From Girardia tigrina (lineage: Eukaryota): DNA of 56,529 bases. Position numbers and translations under genes: made by a program. Location: contig MQRK01201683.1 of assembly GCA_001938485.1 (NCBI GenBank), positions 1-56,529 on the forward strand. The letters are read 5' to 3'. Below the pieces are notes generated by a model, which worked only from the letters and a program-made list of their open reading frames with translations, had not been told where the DNA came from and did not search any database. Positions 39,330 through 53,320 of this stretch are shown in pieces; position 1 is the stretch's first letter, and every line of letters starts with the position of its first letter.

Positions 39330-40420
39330 GAAGAATGATAATTTTAAATGTGATATAGAATAAGAATGAAAGATTCAATAAAAATTGAATCCGATGAAAT
39401 AAAGTCAACAATTAACTGAGATCTATGGTGAAAAAGCCACCTCTTAATCTACAATTTACAAGTATATCAAGGAATTTAATGTGACTGTGGGGGAAAATTC
39501 GGAATGTTGTAAGTTTGTTGTTTGTATGCTGTTTAGATTTGTGACTCTCCTACTCAGATGGGATTGATATGTTTATTGATTGATTATTTGAATCTAATGA
39601 AATTAATTTAATGAGATTAATTTTTAATTAAAAGTTCTATAATTATAAATTATTAATAATATTTTTAGTAAACGAATATAACTAATTAAATTTAATATAT
39701 ATTAAAAATTACTTAGTGTCTATTTATCCAATAAAATTTTGAGAAATTAAAAGTTGATGTTAAACTTGTCCACTTAATTAATTTTAAGATTTGAATACAA
39801 AAACAAAAACTATATCAATCAAAGAAAGAGGCTCACTGATAATGGTTGTGAAGAATCTGTTTGTGTTGTTAATAAATGTTTACATTCAAATTGTGATGTT
39901 GTTAATAGTGACAAAATGAATGGACGCAATAAGGAGAAAGCGGGAGATCACGAGAAATCGACTGTGACAAATTCTAAAAACTAAAGAATATTGCACGAAA
40001 TGAACAGAATTTGACGAAGTAACAACTTAAAATCCCTGAAACTTCAGCTGTGAAACAGTGCATAACATGCTCTCCTCCTTGGGAGTAAGGAAGTTATGCT
40101 CTTGGTTTACTTCTTCCTTTCTCAACGCGGTCAGATGTGAGAAGCGACTTCAGTATTTTCTAGAGAACATAAACATTCATGCAGAAATGAATGCTTGATT
40201 TCTGAATAATATGACAGAGGACAAAACGCCATTATCCATCATTATCCTAGAAGACAGAAGATTGTCATAAGAATTGTAAAATCAAAGAAGAAGCTAGCTC
40301 TCGGAAATTACTTAGTGTATTCTCTCAGCGACAAGATGTGATTATGTCCATTTTTTGGATAAGCGTGGTGCTTTTCACACTAATTTTGTAGATAAAGTCA
40401 CCAAAATTAATAAAAATTAA
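39330..40420 (+). mobile_element. Decayed mariner interrupted by a solo LTR
   Basis: IYGEKA..STIYKYIKEF HTH-like fragment, IMTEDKT and FLDKRG fragments; boundaries approximate. Confidence 0.65.
39486..39907 (+). mobile_element. TG...TA family solo LTR (copy G)
   Basis: Perfect TSD GTGAC (39481-39485 / 39908-39912); TGTGGGGGAA...GTTGTTAATA; AATAAA at 39871. Confidence 0.9.
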
Positions 40421-41196
40421 TACGTGCTTGTTGTATAAGAACCAGATCAGAACACGTATTACAGTTTTAAAATCACTGTAATATATATGCACTGATACAA
40501 ATATATATTCATAGTATCATTTGGTCGTTATGTACTTAGAATTAAAGTTTTAGGAAAAAGTTCAAAAGATTATATATATATACATATATAATTGATTCAC
40601 GTGGCGCGTTAAAACGTCGAAAAAAAATGACATCATAAAAAAACATCGATAAAGATTTCTTAATAATAAATGAAACAAGCCATTTCTAAATTATATGTTT
40701 TTGGATTTCTTTTGGCTCGATTTATTAAAAAATTTACTAATTTTTCTTTTAACATCACATATTTCACCATTCGTCAACATAAGGAATTTTTGAAAACACG
40801 AGCTTTCTTCTAATTTAACTTTCTGCATAAAATAATGTATTTTTATTGAAATGAAAATGTACGTTAGAATGTTAATTGAAAAGGTAATTGTGTTAAAAAG
40901 AAAATGTAAAATAAAATGGAAATTTAATAAAATATGAAATTTTGTGTCATGAATACGGGAAATTCTGAATTCGAACCTAATAACGAGTAATTTAATTTTC
41001 TTTTTCGGTGATCATATAATAATTTAAATATATTTAGTAATTTTATTAATTTATTTATTCATTTATTCACTTAATCATTATTTAATAATACATCATTTCA
41101 TTTAATGTTTTATTTAAACTTTTTTTTCGATGTTTTAACTTAATACCATTGATTCTTTATAGTAAAAAACGAAGAAACATATTGTAAGTAACCAGT

Positions 41197-41247
41197 TATT
41201 ATTTCACAATTCATGAAGTTTCGTTCTTATGAAAACATCATTAGGTT
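41197..41247 (-). ncRNA. Degenerate hammerhead, inverted partner of 41552-41589
   Basis: Reverse complement ACCTAATGATGTTTTCATAAGAACGAAACTTCATGAATTGTGAAATAATA aligns to 41553-41604. Confidence 0.6.
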
Positions 41248-41551
41248 TATTATCCCTTAATAGAACAAATCTATAAAATTACCAAAATAAGACCACAAAG
41301 TAGTCTGTATCAAACACAGAATATTTGTCAAAATTTTGGTTGAATAGAAATAACTTTAAATATTAAAATTATTTATTTTAAGATAGTAATAATTTAATTA
41401 ATATTAAAACCAAATTATACAAATATATTTTTCTAAAAATATTTTTTTTAATAAATTTAAAGTATTTTTTAACTATAAAACAAAATTTTTAGTAATTAAA
41501 AATAAATAAATATAATCAAAATTAAATAATATTTTATTGCATCTTGGTGTC

Positions 41552-41589
41552 CACCTGATGATGTTTTGATAAAAACGAAAAATTTCGTG
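41552..41589 (+). ncRNA. Intact minimal type I hammerhead ribozyme
   Basis: CAC-CTGATGA-T-GTTTT-GATA-AAAAC-GAA-AAATTT-C-GTG: stem I CAC/GTG, 5-bp stem II, palindromic stem III, UUC cleavage triplet. Confidence 0.85.
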
Positions 41590-41604
41590 AACTGTTAAAT
41601 AATA

Positions 41605-42461
41605 TAGGGTTTTTCGATCTATTTTCCAATACTTGCTATAAATTTTCCATCGAAAGTCATGTAACCAGTTTTTTTTAATTTTCTTTAATTTTGCAATTAC
41701 AATTTTTCATGCATAAAAAAATCAAAAACCGTTTTAAAATAATTTTGATTTTATTGATTTTATGAAATGTTATTGATTTATTAATTTTTATTGATAAAAT
41801 TTGTATCATCAGAAAATTGATTGAGAATTAATTCTTTAAAAAGGTTAAAAAGGTTAATACGGAACGAGGTAATCAATTGTCAAATTTAGTTCTTTTCTTA
41901 CTTCTTTTAATCCAGAATAATGACAAACATTGAATTTTCAATGATCTTTTGTTGACAAACATTTTAATGTCTAACAACTGCAGCATTAAATTTTCATCAT
42001 TTAATGTTATGTCATGAATTTTATTAAAATTCATTGAATTTTATTCATGGCTACAAGAACAGAAATGTATCTAGTTCTTCTGCAGGAACATATCACAGGT
42101 TTTCTCATAAATTTTTATTATTTCTTGAACTGCCCACTAATTCAGCTTCAAAGCATCAGAAATTGCTTTGGTTGAATGGCCTTGAATAAATTTAATAGCA
42201 ATTTTCTCTTGGTCTCCCAGAGTAATTTTGCTGTTCCTTCTTTTATAATTTTTCATGTATAAAAAATCAAAAATCGTTTTAAAATAAATTTGATTTTATT
42301 GTTTTATTATTTTTTTATGGATTTTATTGATTAAAATTGTATCATTGGAAAAATGATTGCAAGAAAATATAAAAATACGGTTACATAACCTTTGTTGGAA
42401 AATTGATTGCGAAGATTAGAAAGATGATTGCAAGTATTGGAAAATAGATCGAAAAACCGCA
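41605..42461 (-). mobile_element. Tc1/IS630-like non-autonomous element
   Basis: Perfect 29-bp inverted repeat (41608-41636 / 42430-42458), TA on both flanks, minus-strand HTH-like relic (EKIAIKFIQGHSTKAISDALKLN), and an internal ~120-bp direct repeat. Confidence 0.75.
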
Positions 42462-43300
42462 TAAATAGTTACTGTATATATATATATATATATATATAGT
42501 TATAAGTAGTCATTGAAATAATAATTTATTAATATTTGTTTTAAATAATATTTATTACAACTAACGTAACAAAAGTAAATTAGAAGTAAATTTTATTAAT
42601 TTAAATTAAAATTTTAAATTACCAATGAAAATCATTTAAATTTTTTTCTTAAAAATGATTTTTTTTAAATTAAATTTTTCGATAATAAAATGACGGAGAC
42701 ATTTTTAATTAAAAAAAGAAAAACGTGTTTATTATAACTGTTGTTCTCTTAGCGAAATTTTAATTTTTTTTGACTTTTATCTAATTATAAAAACATTTAG
42801 AAATCTGAAACCAAACTAATTACATTTGTTTCTCTGTTATCCAAATTAATTAAATCTTTATTTTATAATTAGCCCATTTCATGTTCTTTTTTACTATTAC
42901 TATTGTATGAATTGTTTGTTTGATAAGGGGTAAAAATTTTAGTTTATTTCACTAAAAGAATAAACGAATGTACATAATACATTCAAAAAGTATCCAACTT
43001 GAGAACATGTCGTTTTTAATAGGAAAGGACGAGCATATGTAGTGTAGAAATGAGTTGATATACTATTAGTATTTGCGAGAATATATCAACTCATGTTTAT
43101 TTGTTATGCATATAAAAATAATATTATTAAATCAAAATTAATATGAATAAATTATATTATAGAAGATTATATTATAAATTATAATTATAGAAGATGTAAA
43201 TTAGGATCATTAAAAAAACAAATATTAAGGTCTTAAGGAGGAATTTAATGAATTAATGTTACTTTGGTGATCGGATTTGATCGTTATAGTTGATGTAGAT

Positions 43301-43686
43301 CTGTGTCGGACAACCTTTTTCGAGTTGCAGCGAACTAAGCTTAAAACGTTTTTTTCGCGGCGGGCCTGTGTGATTCTCCATTAGTTTCGAGAGAATTTAG
43401 AATACATAATATAAGAGTGTTTCTTAATAATGTTATATTAAAATTAGCTTGGGTAAAAAGTGAGTGAGATTCTCGCTAAGAATAAATTATAAGCACAGGA
43501 TTCTTGCGCCATAATAAATTATTTTTCACTGTCTTTTAACCAACTGTGTGTTTTACAATGATGATAAAATACGAATAATATTGCTGCAGCAATATTTGAA
43601 TGACTTGTTCAAAAACAAGTTCAATAACTTTAACAATTTTAAATATTTTACAAAAATGATCGCGGCGCACCGGTTGCCCGACTATC
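43301..43686. mobile_element. hAT-type MITE
   Basis: CTGTGTCGGACAACC ... GGTTGCCCGACT degenerate TIRs; CGCGGCG subterminal motifs. Confidence 0.55.
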
Positions 43687-43691
43687 TATAT

Positions 43692-46261
43692 TAGTGGTTC
43701 CTAACATTTTTATGTTGCTACCCCTGTAACCTGTTAGGAAAACGGATTTTACCCCAACTTAATAAAGCTATAAAAACACACAATGCAAGCGAATTTTAAT
43801 GTTTATTAATTACAAATGGTTATTGCCCAGCAGTTCGTCAGAAAACGGGATACCTTGTGAATAAATAGAAAAACACAAATTGCAAAACAGTATTACAATA
43901 TTACTTTTTTTTGTATTTTAAATATGAATTAAAAATATTCAGTGTGAAGGTTGGAATTGTTTTGAATTTACAAGTTTTTTATATTAGGTTTAGTGTCACT
44001 TAAAGCGCATCTCTAGTCATGTTCCACATTGAGCTTTGTTTTCAATGAAACTAAAGTTGAAAAACTACTCTCGCATCTATAAGTGGTGGCGAAGGGTATT
44101 AGCATTTTTAAAGCTCTGTTGGCTATAACAGAATATTCGGTACCTGCTTTAATCCAAAATGTGCAGAGATATTAATTTTGAAATTCTACTTTAAAACTAC
44201 TATTCTTGTGGAGTTCAAGAAATTCTACTTTGGCCGTTACATCCTCGTCTTTAAAAATGTCATCAACAGTAGAAAAGGGTCTTAATATCCAAGAATTGGA
44301 CTGACGATTATCCAAATCCGGAAAATATTGCTTCAGTGACTCTATTACTGTAGATAAATGTTGGGTCACGGCATTTCTAAATGTGATTTTGCTGACTTCG
44401 GTATTTGACAATTGCTCACAGAGTTGTGTAAACATCGACACATCGCCAGTTTGCACTCTGCGTTGGTAAAGTTCTAATTTACGTACAAAACCGGCAACTT
44501 TATCCTGCGCTGTCAAAATATTCGTCATATTTTCTTGCAAAGAAATATTAAGATTGTTGATTTCACTGAAAAAATCAGCAAGATACGCTAGTTTTTCAAC
44601 AAATGTTTTGTCTTTCATTTTTGACAGATACTCTTTTTCTTTTTGTGTTTTCTGTTTTTCAAAAAATAATCCTATTTCTTCACGGAGCTCGTAAGCCCTG
44701 TTCAAAACCCTGCCTCGTGATAAGCAACGTACCTCTGTGTGGTACAAAACAGAGTTAAATTTGGCACCAACTTCATCACATAAAACTTTAAATAATCTGG
44801 TGTTTGTTGCATTGCCATGAACATGGTTCAAAATTTTCACTATGTCATTCAACGTGCTTAGTAATTCTGGTGGAAGCGTCTTAACAGCCACAGCGTAGCG
44901 ATGAATGAGACAATGATAGGATAAAACTTGAGGAGCAACTTGTTTCACGAGTGCTTGAAATCCAGAGCCGACTCCCATCATGGAAGGCGCCCCGTCTGTA
45001 CAAATGCCGACCAGCTTTGACCAGTCCAGACCGTTTTCCTCAATAAACTGTTCCAGCGTTTCGAAAATGCCTTCTCCACGTGTAGTGGTGGATAAGTACT
45101 GACAGAACAGGTATTCCTCTTTTACACAGTCATCTTTAATATAACGTGTAAATGTCAGTAGATGTGAACACAAAACTAAATCTGTAGACTCATCTAATTG
45201 CAGTGCAAACATAGAACTTCTTTCATTTCATCAATAATGGTTGCCATAATATCGTCACTCAAGTCTGAAATGCGGCTTTGAACTGTAGTATTTGAAAGTG
45301 ATATTTGTTTGATCTTAGCCACATGTTTCTCGCCAATGAAGAGTGATACTGCATCACGCAAACAAGGTTTGATGAGATCCTCTCCTATAGTGTGCGGTTT
45401 TTTGTTCATAGCAATACGATAAGAAATTTGATATGAAGCTTGAAGATATGATTCATTTGCCTTTTGCATATTTCCTGTTGAATCAAATCGCACAGACTTC
45501 AGAAAACTCTCTTTTCTCTTAAAAAATCTATATCTTTATCTGCAAATTCTTTGTAAACTCTCTCGAAATGTTCTTTTAATTTGCTCGGCTTCATGCCCTC
45601 TGTATTAAGCACTTTATTACATAGAACACACTGAGGCTTTTCCACATTACCATTTAGAATATTCGTGAATCTCCATTGTAAAAATGCTTCTTTATTTGAG
45701 CGCTTTTTTGAGGTATTAGAACTCATGACCCCTATAATATTCGTAAAAAAAGTTATCTAAGGAAAAAATAAAATGTTAACTTTTACTTTTAAGAATATTG
45801 AGAAAAAACTAATTATAATTAATTATCATTGTTTGTTACTACTTACAGTCAAAAAAGTAAATAATATTGTAATTATTTCAAAACTGGTAGTTATACGTAA
45901 TGAGAGACAATTGAACTTGACTTGTTTAAATATGACTTTATATATGACTTTTTTAAATCTCAAACTACCAATACAGCCTGGTAGACTCGGTACTGAGTGA
46001 CGGTACATCGCGTGTGCGCATTGTGGAGCTCTAACGCGATAATGTGTCGGAATACATGCTAAACCACTCTCAGTTCAAACTGGTTTATACACGCAGTTTC
46101 GATAGCAATAGAGTATATGTCACATGAACCAAATGCGTTACTGTACTGTGTTTTTTTATTAAAAAGAAAGCATCACTAAAATTTAGTGGATGCCTTTTTA
46201 CCCCTAAAGAATTGCGTTTTTACACCCCTGGGTGTAATTATCCCAAGGTTAGGAACCTCTG
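43692..46261 (-). mobile_element. hAT Buster/Charlie-type transposon with frameshifted ZBED5/ZBED8/SCAND3-like transposase (~45726-43940)
   Basis: KPQCVLC...[46 protein letters not shown]; TIRs TAGTGGTTCCTAAC / GTTAGGAACCTCTG; both 8-bp flanks have TA at positions 4-5. Confidence 0.93.
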
Positions 46262-46990
46262 GTTTAGAAAGATGATAAGTAGTGAAAGCGTTATTAATAA
46301 TTGCCTCAAATACAATTCAAAATGTTTCATTAATCAAAGCCAAATAAGTGCTCTTAATAATTATTATTATAAAATCGTACCCAAAATAAAAATAGTGAGT
46401 AAGCCTTGTTAAAACGATTTATTATATCAGAATGCGTGGTAAAATTGAGTAAAAAGTAAAATTTTTAGTATTCCTAAAAAAGTAATTTCGACCACAAGCA
46501 AATTGAAGAATTAAAATTGACAGGCAAATTAATTTACTTTTTTTATGAAAATTTTAATTTTTTTAGTAAATCATCAAAAGTAAAAGAATAAATCAAAAAA
46601 AATAATCATTAATTGAAAAATAATCATTATGTTTATAAAAATTATTACAAAAAAATATTTTAATTATTTTAATATTTTTTACTGTCATTTATGACAATCA
46701 GAAAACCACATTATTTAATTAAATTAATCTAATTAAATTTTATAATAATATATTTTTTTGAAAAATAAATTTTATCATTAAAAAATTAGTTTTGTGAAAT
46801 CAATTTTTTACATGCTCAGTGTACAGTAAAAAATATTTAATTATATGAGGGGTTAATTTCAATTTGCATTTCACCTAAATAATTTATTTTTTTTTAATTT
46901 GAAAATTTTAAAAAAAGAAAATATATACAAAAGTTTAAAATTAAAATAAAGTAAATCATTAAATCTAATTACTTATGTAAAAATAAAATA

Positions 46991-49051
46991 ACGGATATCA
47001 CCAATTAGTATCACCAACCCGTATAGTATCACGACCCGAATTATATCCCCAATTTACAAAAATTTTAGTGATACTATTTAAATAGTATTTAAGTTTTTAA
47101 AAATTATTTGAAAAAAAATCATTAATTTTTAAAATCATTTAATTAAATTGTTTTAATATTAATAAATATTCCATTTTAAAAATTCTTATGATCGAACGAT
47201 CGTTTACAATCGCTTTCAAAAAAAGTAATCGAGTTTATGTTGCAAGGCAAAACGTGTTATGCTGCAAAACAGCATTTCGAAGTTAAAAACGGGGAAATAT
47301 ATGACTATTCTATGTTTCAACAGTGGTTTAGAAACAAAGACAAACTTGCTAATCAAAAACCATCTATGAAAAGAGCGTTGGGAGCAGGAAAGAAAACCAG
47401 TTTTGGAACTATAGAACAAATTATTTGCGATGAGATAATAGATCTTAGAATACGAAAAATGAAAGTATATTTCTGATATGACAGTAACATTGAGTGAAGA
47501 GTTTAATATTAAATTAAAAGCTGGAAATTTGATAACAGGGTTTATGAAGAGAAATGGATTTACACTTAGGCGAACTACCAATTTAACAACATTATCAGAC
47601 TCTGACATAATTTTACGTTCTGTTAATTATATGAAATATCTAAAAAATCGTTTCCTTATTTAAATATTAAACAGACTTTAATAATGGATGAAACTGCAGT
47701 ATTTTTCGAGGATGCCAGAACAAATACTGTGAATTTACTCGGAGCACGCAATGTAGTCATGAAATCAACTTGTTTTAACGGATAACATCAAATAGTAGGT
47801 GGACATGAAGTAGTAGGTGTAATGAAGTTTTCAAAAAATTTTCCACCTACTATTAAAATAGTAGGTGGAATCTAATAGTAGGTGTATCGTTTTTGTATAA
47901 TATTTGTAAATATTTTTGTATAAAATTTTTTTATTTGTATAATATTTTTGTAAAGTATTTGTCGGAATCCCAAAAAGAAACTGATCACAGTGATAGTGAA
48001 GAAATATTAACTGATGATGCTTTTATTATCTATGATGAATAAANNNNNNNNNNNNNNNNNNNNNNNNNNNNNNNNNNNNNNNNNNNNNNNNNNNNTCAAA
48101 ACAAAAGCACCAAATAGTAGGTGTAAACCAATATTGGGCGCCTTTTCAATTTTTTTTCCACCTACTATTAAAATAGTAGGTGTCCTACTATTTCATGTTA
48201 TCCGTTAGTTCAATGAGAGTAACATCACTGGTTTCTATTTGGGCAGATGGTAGGAAGATGTCCTTGGTAATCCATAAAGGAAAGGATGGAAGTCCTATTT
48301 GTAAACAAAATCGTATCTTGCATACTACTCAGTCGAAATCTTTGGTTAACCAAAAATTAATTATAATGTGGATCGACCATATGTTTCCTTTGATTGATTT
48401 AAGCAACGGTAAGTGTATTATTTGGGATTCGTGTCGAGTTCATTTAGGCCTACAAGTAAAAGAACATTGTATTAAGAGAAATGTTGAAATGATCGTGACC
48501 CCAGGGGGATTGACACCTTATCTACAAGCAGAAGATATAGGAATTTTTCGTTCCTTGAAATATTTGATGTATTTTCGTATTTATGAATGGAAGAACTCTG
48601 ATTCTGTTGTTTTTACCAAAAATGGTAATCCAAAACAACCATCGAAGGAATTGGTTAATTCATGGGTCGGAGAATCTTTGAAGGAATTGAAAACCGAAAC
48701 CATACAAAACTCAATAATATCATCAGGATTTAGTTCGAACCCTCACGATTGGCATATAGCAAAGCATGATGTGTATGGTAGAAAGTTTTGTGAGGCTTGG
48801 GCTGTTTCAAACCAGATTGAACAATTTCCCTACCAGTCTATTTCCGGGAAAGATGTAGATGATCAGGATGTAGACTGTTTAGATGATAATGATGATGTAG
48901 AATGTTTGGATGTCGTTAATGAATAAAGTATTATTGATATTTGTTTTCTTTTTTATTCATATTTTGATATTTTTGTTAATTGGAATTGAAAGCACCAAAT
49001 AGTATCACCAACTTAAAAAAGATTTTAGTGATACTATTCGGCGATATCCGT
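46991..49051 (+). mobile_element. pogo-like (CENP-B HTH plus DDE_1) transposon, inactivated
   Basis: TA|ACGGATATCACC...GGCGATATCCGT|TA; GFMKRNGFTLRRTT, MDETAV, IIWDSCRVH, PGGLTPYLQAEDIG. Confidence 0.92.
47778..48205. mobile_element. MITE nested in the pogo transposase gene
   Basis: TA|ACGGATAACATCAAATAGTAGG ... CCTACTATTTCATGTTATCCGT|TA; excision restores KSTCFSSMRVT. Confidence 0.88.
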
Positions 49052-52000
49052 TATGTTTATGTTAATACGGTTATTATATATTTTAAAATTAAAATAATTA
49101 GTTTTAAGATAAAATGTTGCAAAAATTTTTAGTTTTAATGTAAAAATTATTTTATTAATTTAACGTTTTAAAATTATTTAATTTTTTTAAATAAATCTGT
49201 GGTTGTTGGGTATGAGAACCAACACAGAGGCAGAACCAATGTTCTCCAGGTTAATTATAATGAAGAGGAGAACGTATAATTCGCACAGGACTGTGATTTA
49301 ATGATTTAGTGATGCAACGACCTTACTACATGATCAGTAATATTCAAAAGGTTGTCAAAAAATATATGGATTAAATTTCATTATTAAAAATAATAAATAT
49401 ATAATTAAATAAATTATTCGATTGTTTAATTATTTATAACAACAATTATTTACTGTTTTAATTGACAGTTCTACAAACTTGTTCTTCTTTAAATTTCAAT
49501 GAAAGAAAACGTGATAATTATTTGTTTATCATTATAAATATTTTATTTTTTGTCTATTTCAAATTTGTATAATATTGAAAAAAAATAAATTAAAATTAAA
49601 TGTAACAAATGTTTTTTTGTTTTCTGAAATTTAATTTGTATTTTAAATTAAGTTATGTTGTAAAACGTTTACGATTCAAACAAAATATTCTCAATTTTCA
49701 ATCGTTTTCTAATTGAATAAAAAATCTCTTCGTTCTCTTTCTTAAATTTAGGTCAATTTAATTCTTAAGTATTTTAATTTAATTTTTAGCTCTATTCTTG
49801 TAGTTTCAATGAGAAAGGAAGGCTCTAAATGAACAATTCGTGAGCTTCCTTTAAAACTTGGAACTTAACAAGATAGTCGTTAACAAATAAATAAATATAA
49901 ATTAAATTATTCTTTTTAATTAACTGATAAACCAAACGAAAGATTAGATTCACACAATGTAGAGTCAATAATATAGGACAGTTAAACGATTAAGGTAAAG
50001 GACCGAGACAGAAAGATAGTATTAACGTACTTCAGTACTCTAAATAGTGATAACGGGAAAACTGTCGACGAGGAAAAATGAAACAGTAAATGTTGTATCA
50101 AAACGATGGCGGGGTAAATGGGTCTCATTCATAGGATTGATGTTGAAAGGGCTTGACTTTGACTCTATGTCAATATAGATTCTGGGATTCGATTGAGCAT
50201 TTCTAAATCTGGAAAGGGAACAGAACCGATGGGTTGAAATTTAGTTGCACCAAGCATCTTTGTAAACGAATACGCACAATTCGTTACTGTTTGAGACAGA
50301 GCTCGGAAATTACAGTTATACGACTCGTAGTTCAGAAACTTCAGTCAAATATTTCTTGTATAATTATTAAAATTAATATTTTAATTTAAGCAAGTACTAT
50401 TGAAATATCGATCGCATGATAAATAAATATAAATAAATAATAATAGTATAATAAAAAAATAAATTTAAAATACGATCGAAATTATTACCAAATATTTTTT
50501 TTATAAATCAAATAAGGTTTTTTTCATTTAAAATTGAAATTTTTTATTTTAAAATAAAAAATCACAATTTAAAATTAAAAGTAACATAATATCTACATTT
50601 AGTGACATTTAAAATATTCCTTATAACAACTTAACTTAAATTTATTGTATTTTAGAATAATAAATTTTGTAATAATTAATTTCGGTCTTTTGGGATTCGG
50701 TCATTTGACACAAACCCTATAAAAATATAGGAATCGCATAATGGTTTTTATATTTTTCAATGATATTTATAATTTTGAAAGTTTCTGTCTTGTCTTCCTG
50801 GTGTTCTCGCCATGTTATTTTGCATTGACATTATCTTCCGTGAAGGACAGGCTCACTCTAAAAATTTTTGAAACAACTAATTGTTATAAAGAATTTTCTA
50901 AAACAAGGGAATATTTAAAATCAAAAGTTTTTTTAAGCAATTATAATGTAAAAATATATCTTAAATAAGTTGAAAAAGTTATTTTCTGAAATAATCGAAT
51001 TTTAATTGTAGAGTAAAAACTTAAAATGAAATTAATTGGGAAATAATGGATTTTTAAATAATTGATTTAAAAGAAATATATAAAGACAAGGATAATTATG
51101 TTTGTACTAATTTTAAAAGTTATTCTAAAAAATAAAATAATGAATTTTGTTGCCAGAGATGTAAATAAAAAAACAGATAATTTTAAATTTTTAAGTCAGT
51201 TTGGAATTCTGCAAATTAAAGATTTGACAAATACTTAATTCTAAACAGTTTCGTAAAAACATTAATTAAGACTTTTATCATTAATGTATCGTAATAATAA
51301 TAAAAATCTGTAAATTACTGTAAAATACTGTAAATTATTTTTTGTATTTAAATTTTATCTAAAACCAATTATATTTAAAATTGTAATATTTTTGTATTTA
51401 AAATAATTTTAGGTAATAAAAATTTTAAACTGAAATATTGATAATAAATAAAACGTTAAAATCTTTTATTAATTAAAAAAAAACGTTTTCATAAATAAAA
51501 GAAAATAACATTAAACTAATTCTAAAATAATAAAAAATCATTTTGTTAATTTAGTAAAAATATGACTACAATAAATTATGTTGGTTTTAATTTAAATTAA
51601 ATTGCAAAATAGTGGAATGTAAATTTTCAAAATAAATAGAATAAAAAAATTCAATTTTAAAATAACTTATCAGTATTTATAATTGCATATTTTTATATAA
51701 AAATCGGATCATAAAGAAAACCAAGAAAAGTTCCTCGACAAAAAATTGTTATCTGTGATAGAAATAAAATTTGGTGTTAATGAGTTATAATTTTGATCAA
51801 GAACCCAACATCTCCAATGATGTCTGAAGTCATATTTTCACAAAAATGTATTAATGAAAATTACACATAAATTGAAACAAATTTCTTCTCATTAATTTAA
51901 TCATTTCGCCAAAATCCATTGATTAAATTTTCATTAAAATTAAATTTCTACTTTTGTATAAATTTATTAAATTTTATCTACTAAAATTTACCTATGAAAT

Positions 52001-52416
52001 TCACTACGTTTGTTTACAAATATTTAACTTAACTTTCTTTTCAAAATAATTTTGTTCTGCATAAATTTTACCTGAATTATTGTTTTTTTAAATCAGTTTA
52101 ACTTCCTTATTTCTTATTGCTAAATTTTTAATTAAAAATTGTTATAAATTATTTGGAGAATTGAAAGTTTTAATTAACACTTATAACCAGAAACAAAAAA
52201 TCCAATAAATAATAGTTATTATAAATATATTTTTTTCTTAAAACATCATAAAGACTAAAAATTATTTTCAAAAATATTTTAATTCATTTTAGATACCTTA
52301 TTTATCATTAAATAAATCTTTACGATGTAATACACTATTCAAATATATTTAATCACTTTCAAATAAATTTAAAATATTTTGATTACAATATTATTATAGA
52401 TTTATTAATTTAAATA

Positions 52417-53163
52417 CAGGGCTGGCCATAAGTCGCTTTACCCAGTTTTAATAATAATAAACACAAAATTCAAAATAATAATTTCAAAACAAAAACTTGA
52501 AAACAATTAAATCTTATCTTCAAAGTGTTGTCCTTCATATTTAATACACAACTGGATTCTTCTCTGAACAGAGTGACAGATTCGTCGGCACAAGTCTTTA
52601 TCGTTGTTCAAGGCTGCAAATTCTGTAGTAATTCTTTCCTTCAACTCGGATATGGTTAGAACATTTTGTGAGTGAAGGCGTTCCTTCAGGATACCCCACA
52701 TTGAATAATCACAAGGTGTTAGGTCCGGCGATTGTGGAGGCCATTCAGGGGTTCCTCTCCTGCCGATCCACATCTCAAAAGTGTTATCCAAAAACGCGTA
52801 CATTTCTACCATAATGAGGGGGAGCACCGTCTTGCATCAAAACGTCGTTATCTGTGTCAAGCTGAGGTACTGCAAAATCACGCAGCATGTCGAGATATAG
52901 CTGAGAATTAACTGTTCCATCAAACAAGTATGGACCAAGCACACCAGTTGAACATATTCCTCCCCACACACAAATTCATGGAGAAAGATTGTCGTGCCAT
53001 GCCAATATTGCCAACAACAATGAACAAAATGAAATAATTTTAAAAATTTTTAAATAAATAATTATTAAAACAAAAAATTTTATCTGGTTTTTGTTTATAA
53101 ATCATTTAGAATTTTGTGTTTATTATTATTAAAACTGGGTAAAGCGACTTATGGTCACCCCTG
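52417..53163 (-). mobile_element. Internally deleted rosa/DD41D-like Tc1-mariner element
   Basis: ~55-bp TIRs with TA flanks; MQDGAPPHY...WIGRRG..WPPQSPDLTPCDYSMWG, with ~40 residues between the last two aspartates. Confidence 0.88.
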
Positions 53164-53239
53164 TATATTAATTTAATTTTAAAGTTGTCATTTACATTTT
53201 AAAATTTTCCATATAATTTGATAGTTCAAAACATTCAAA

Positions 53240-53320
53240 ATATAAATCTTCCACCTGGGTGGGAGAAAAACAATACCAAACACAACATACAACAAACTTC
53301 ATTCAAAAATATTCCTCACA
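53240..53320 (-). mobile_element. TG...TA family LTR, TG end only (copy H)
   Basis: CCACCTGGGTGGGAGA...CATTCAAAAATATTCCTCACA. Confidence 0.75.

Noticed and set aside
49960-50345. Coding-like minus-strand stretch
   Set aside because: Contains stops and no recognisable homology.
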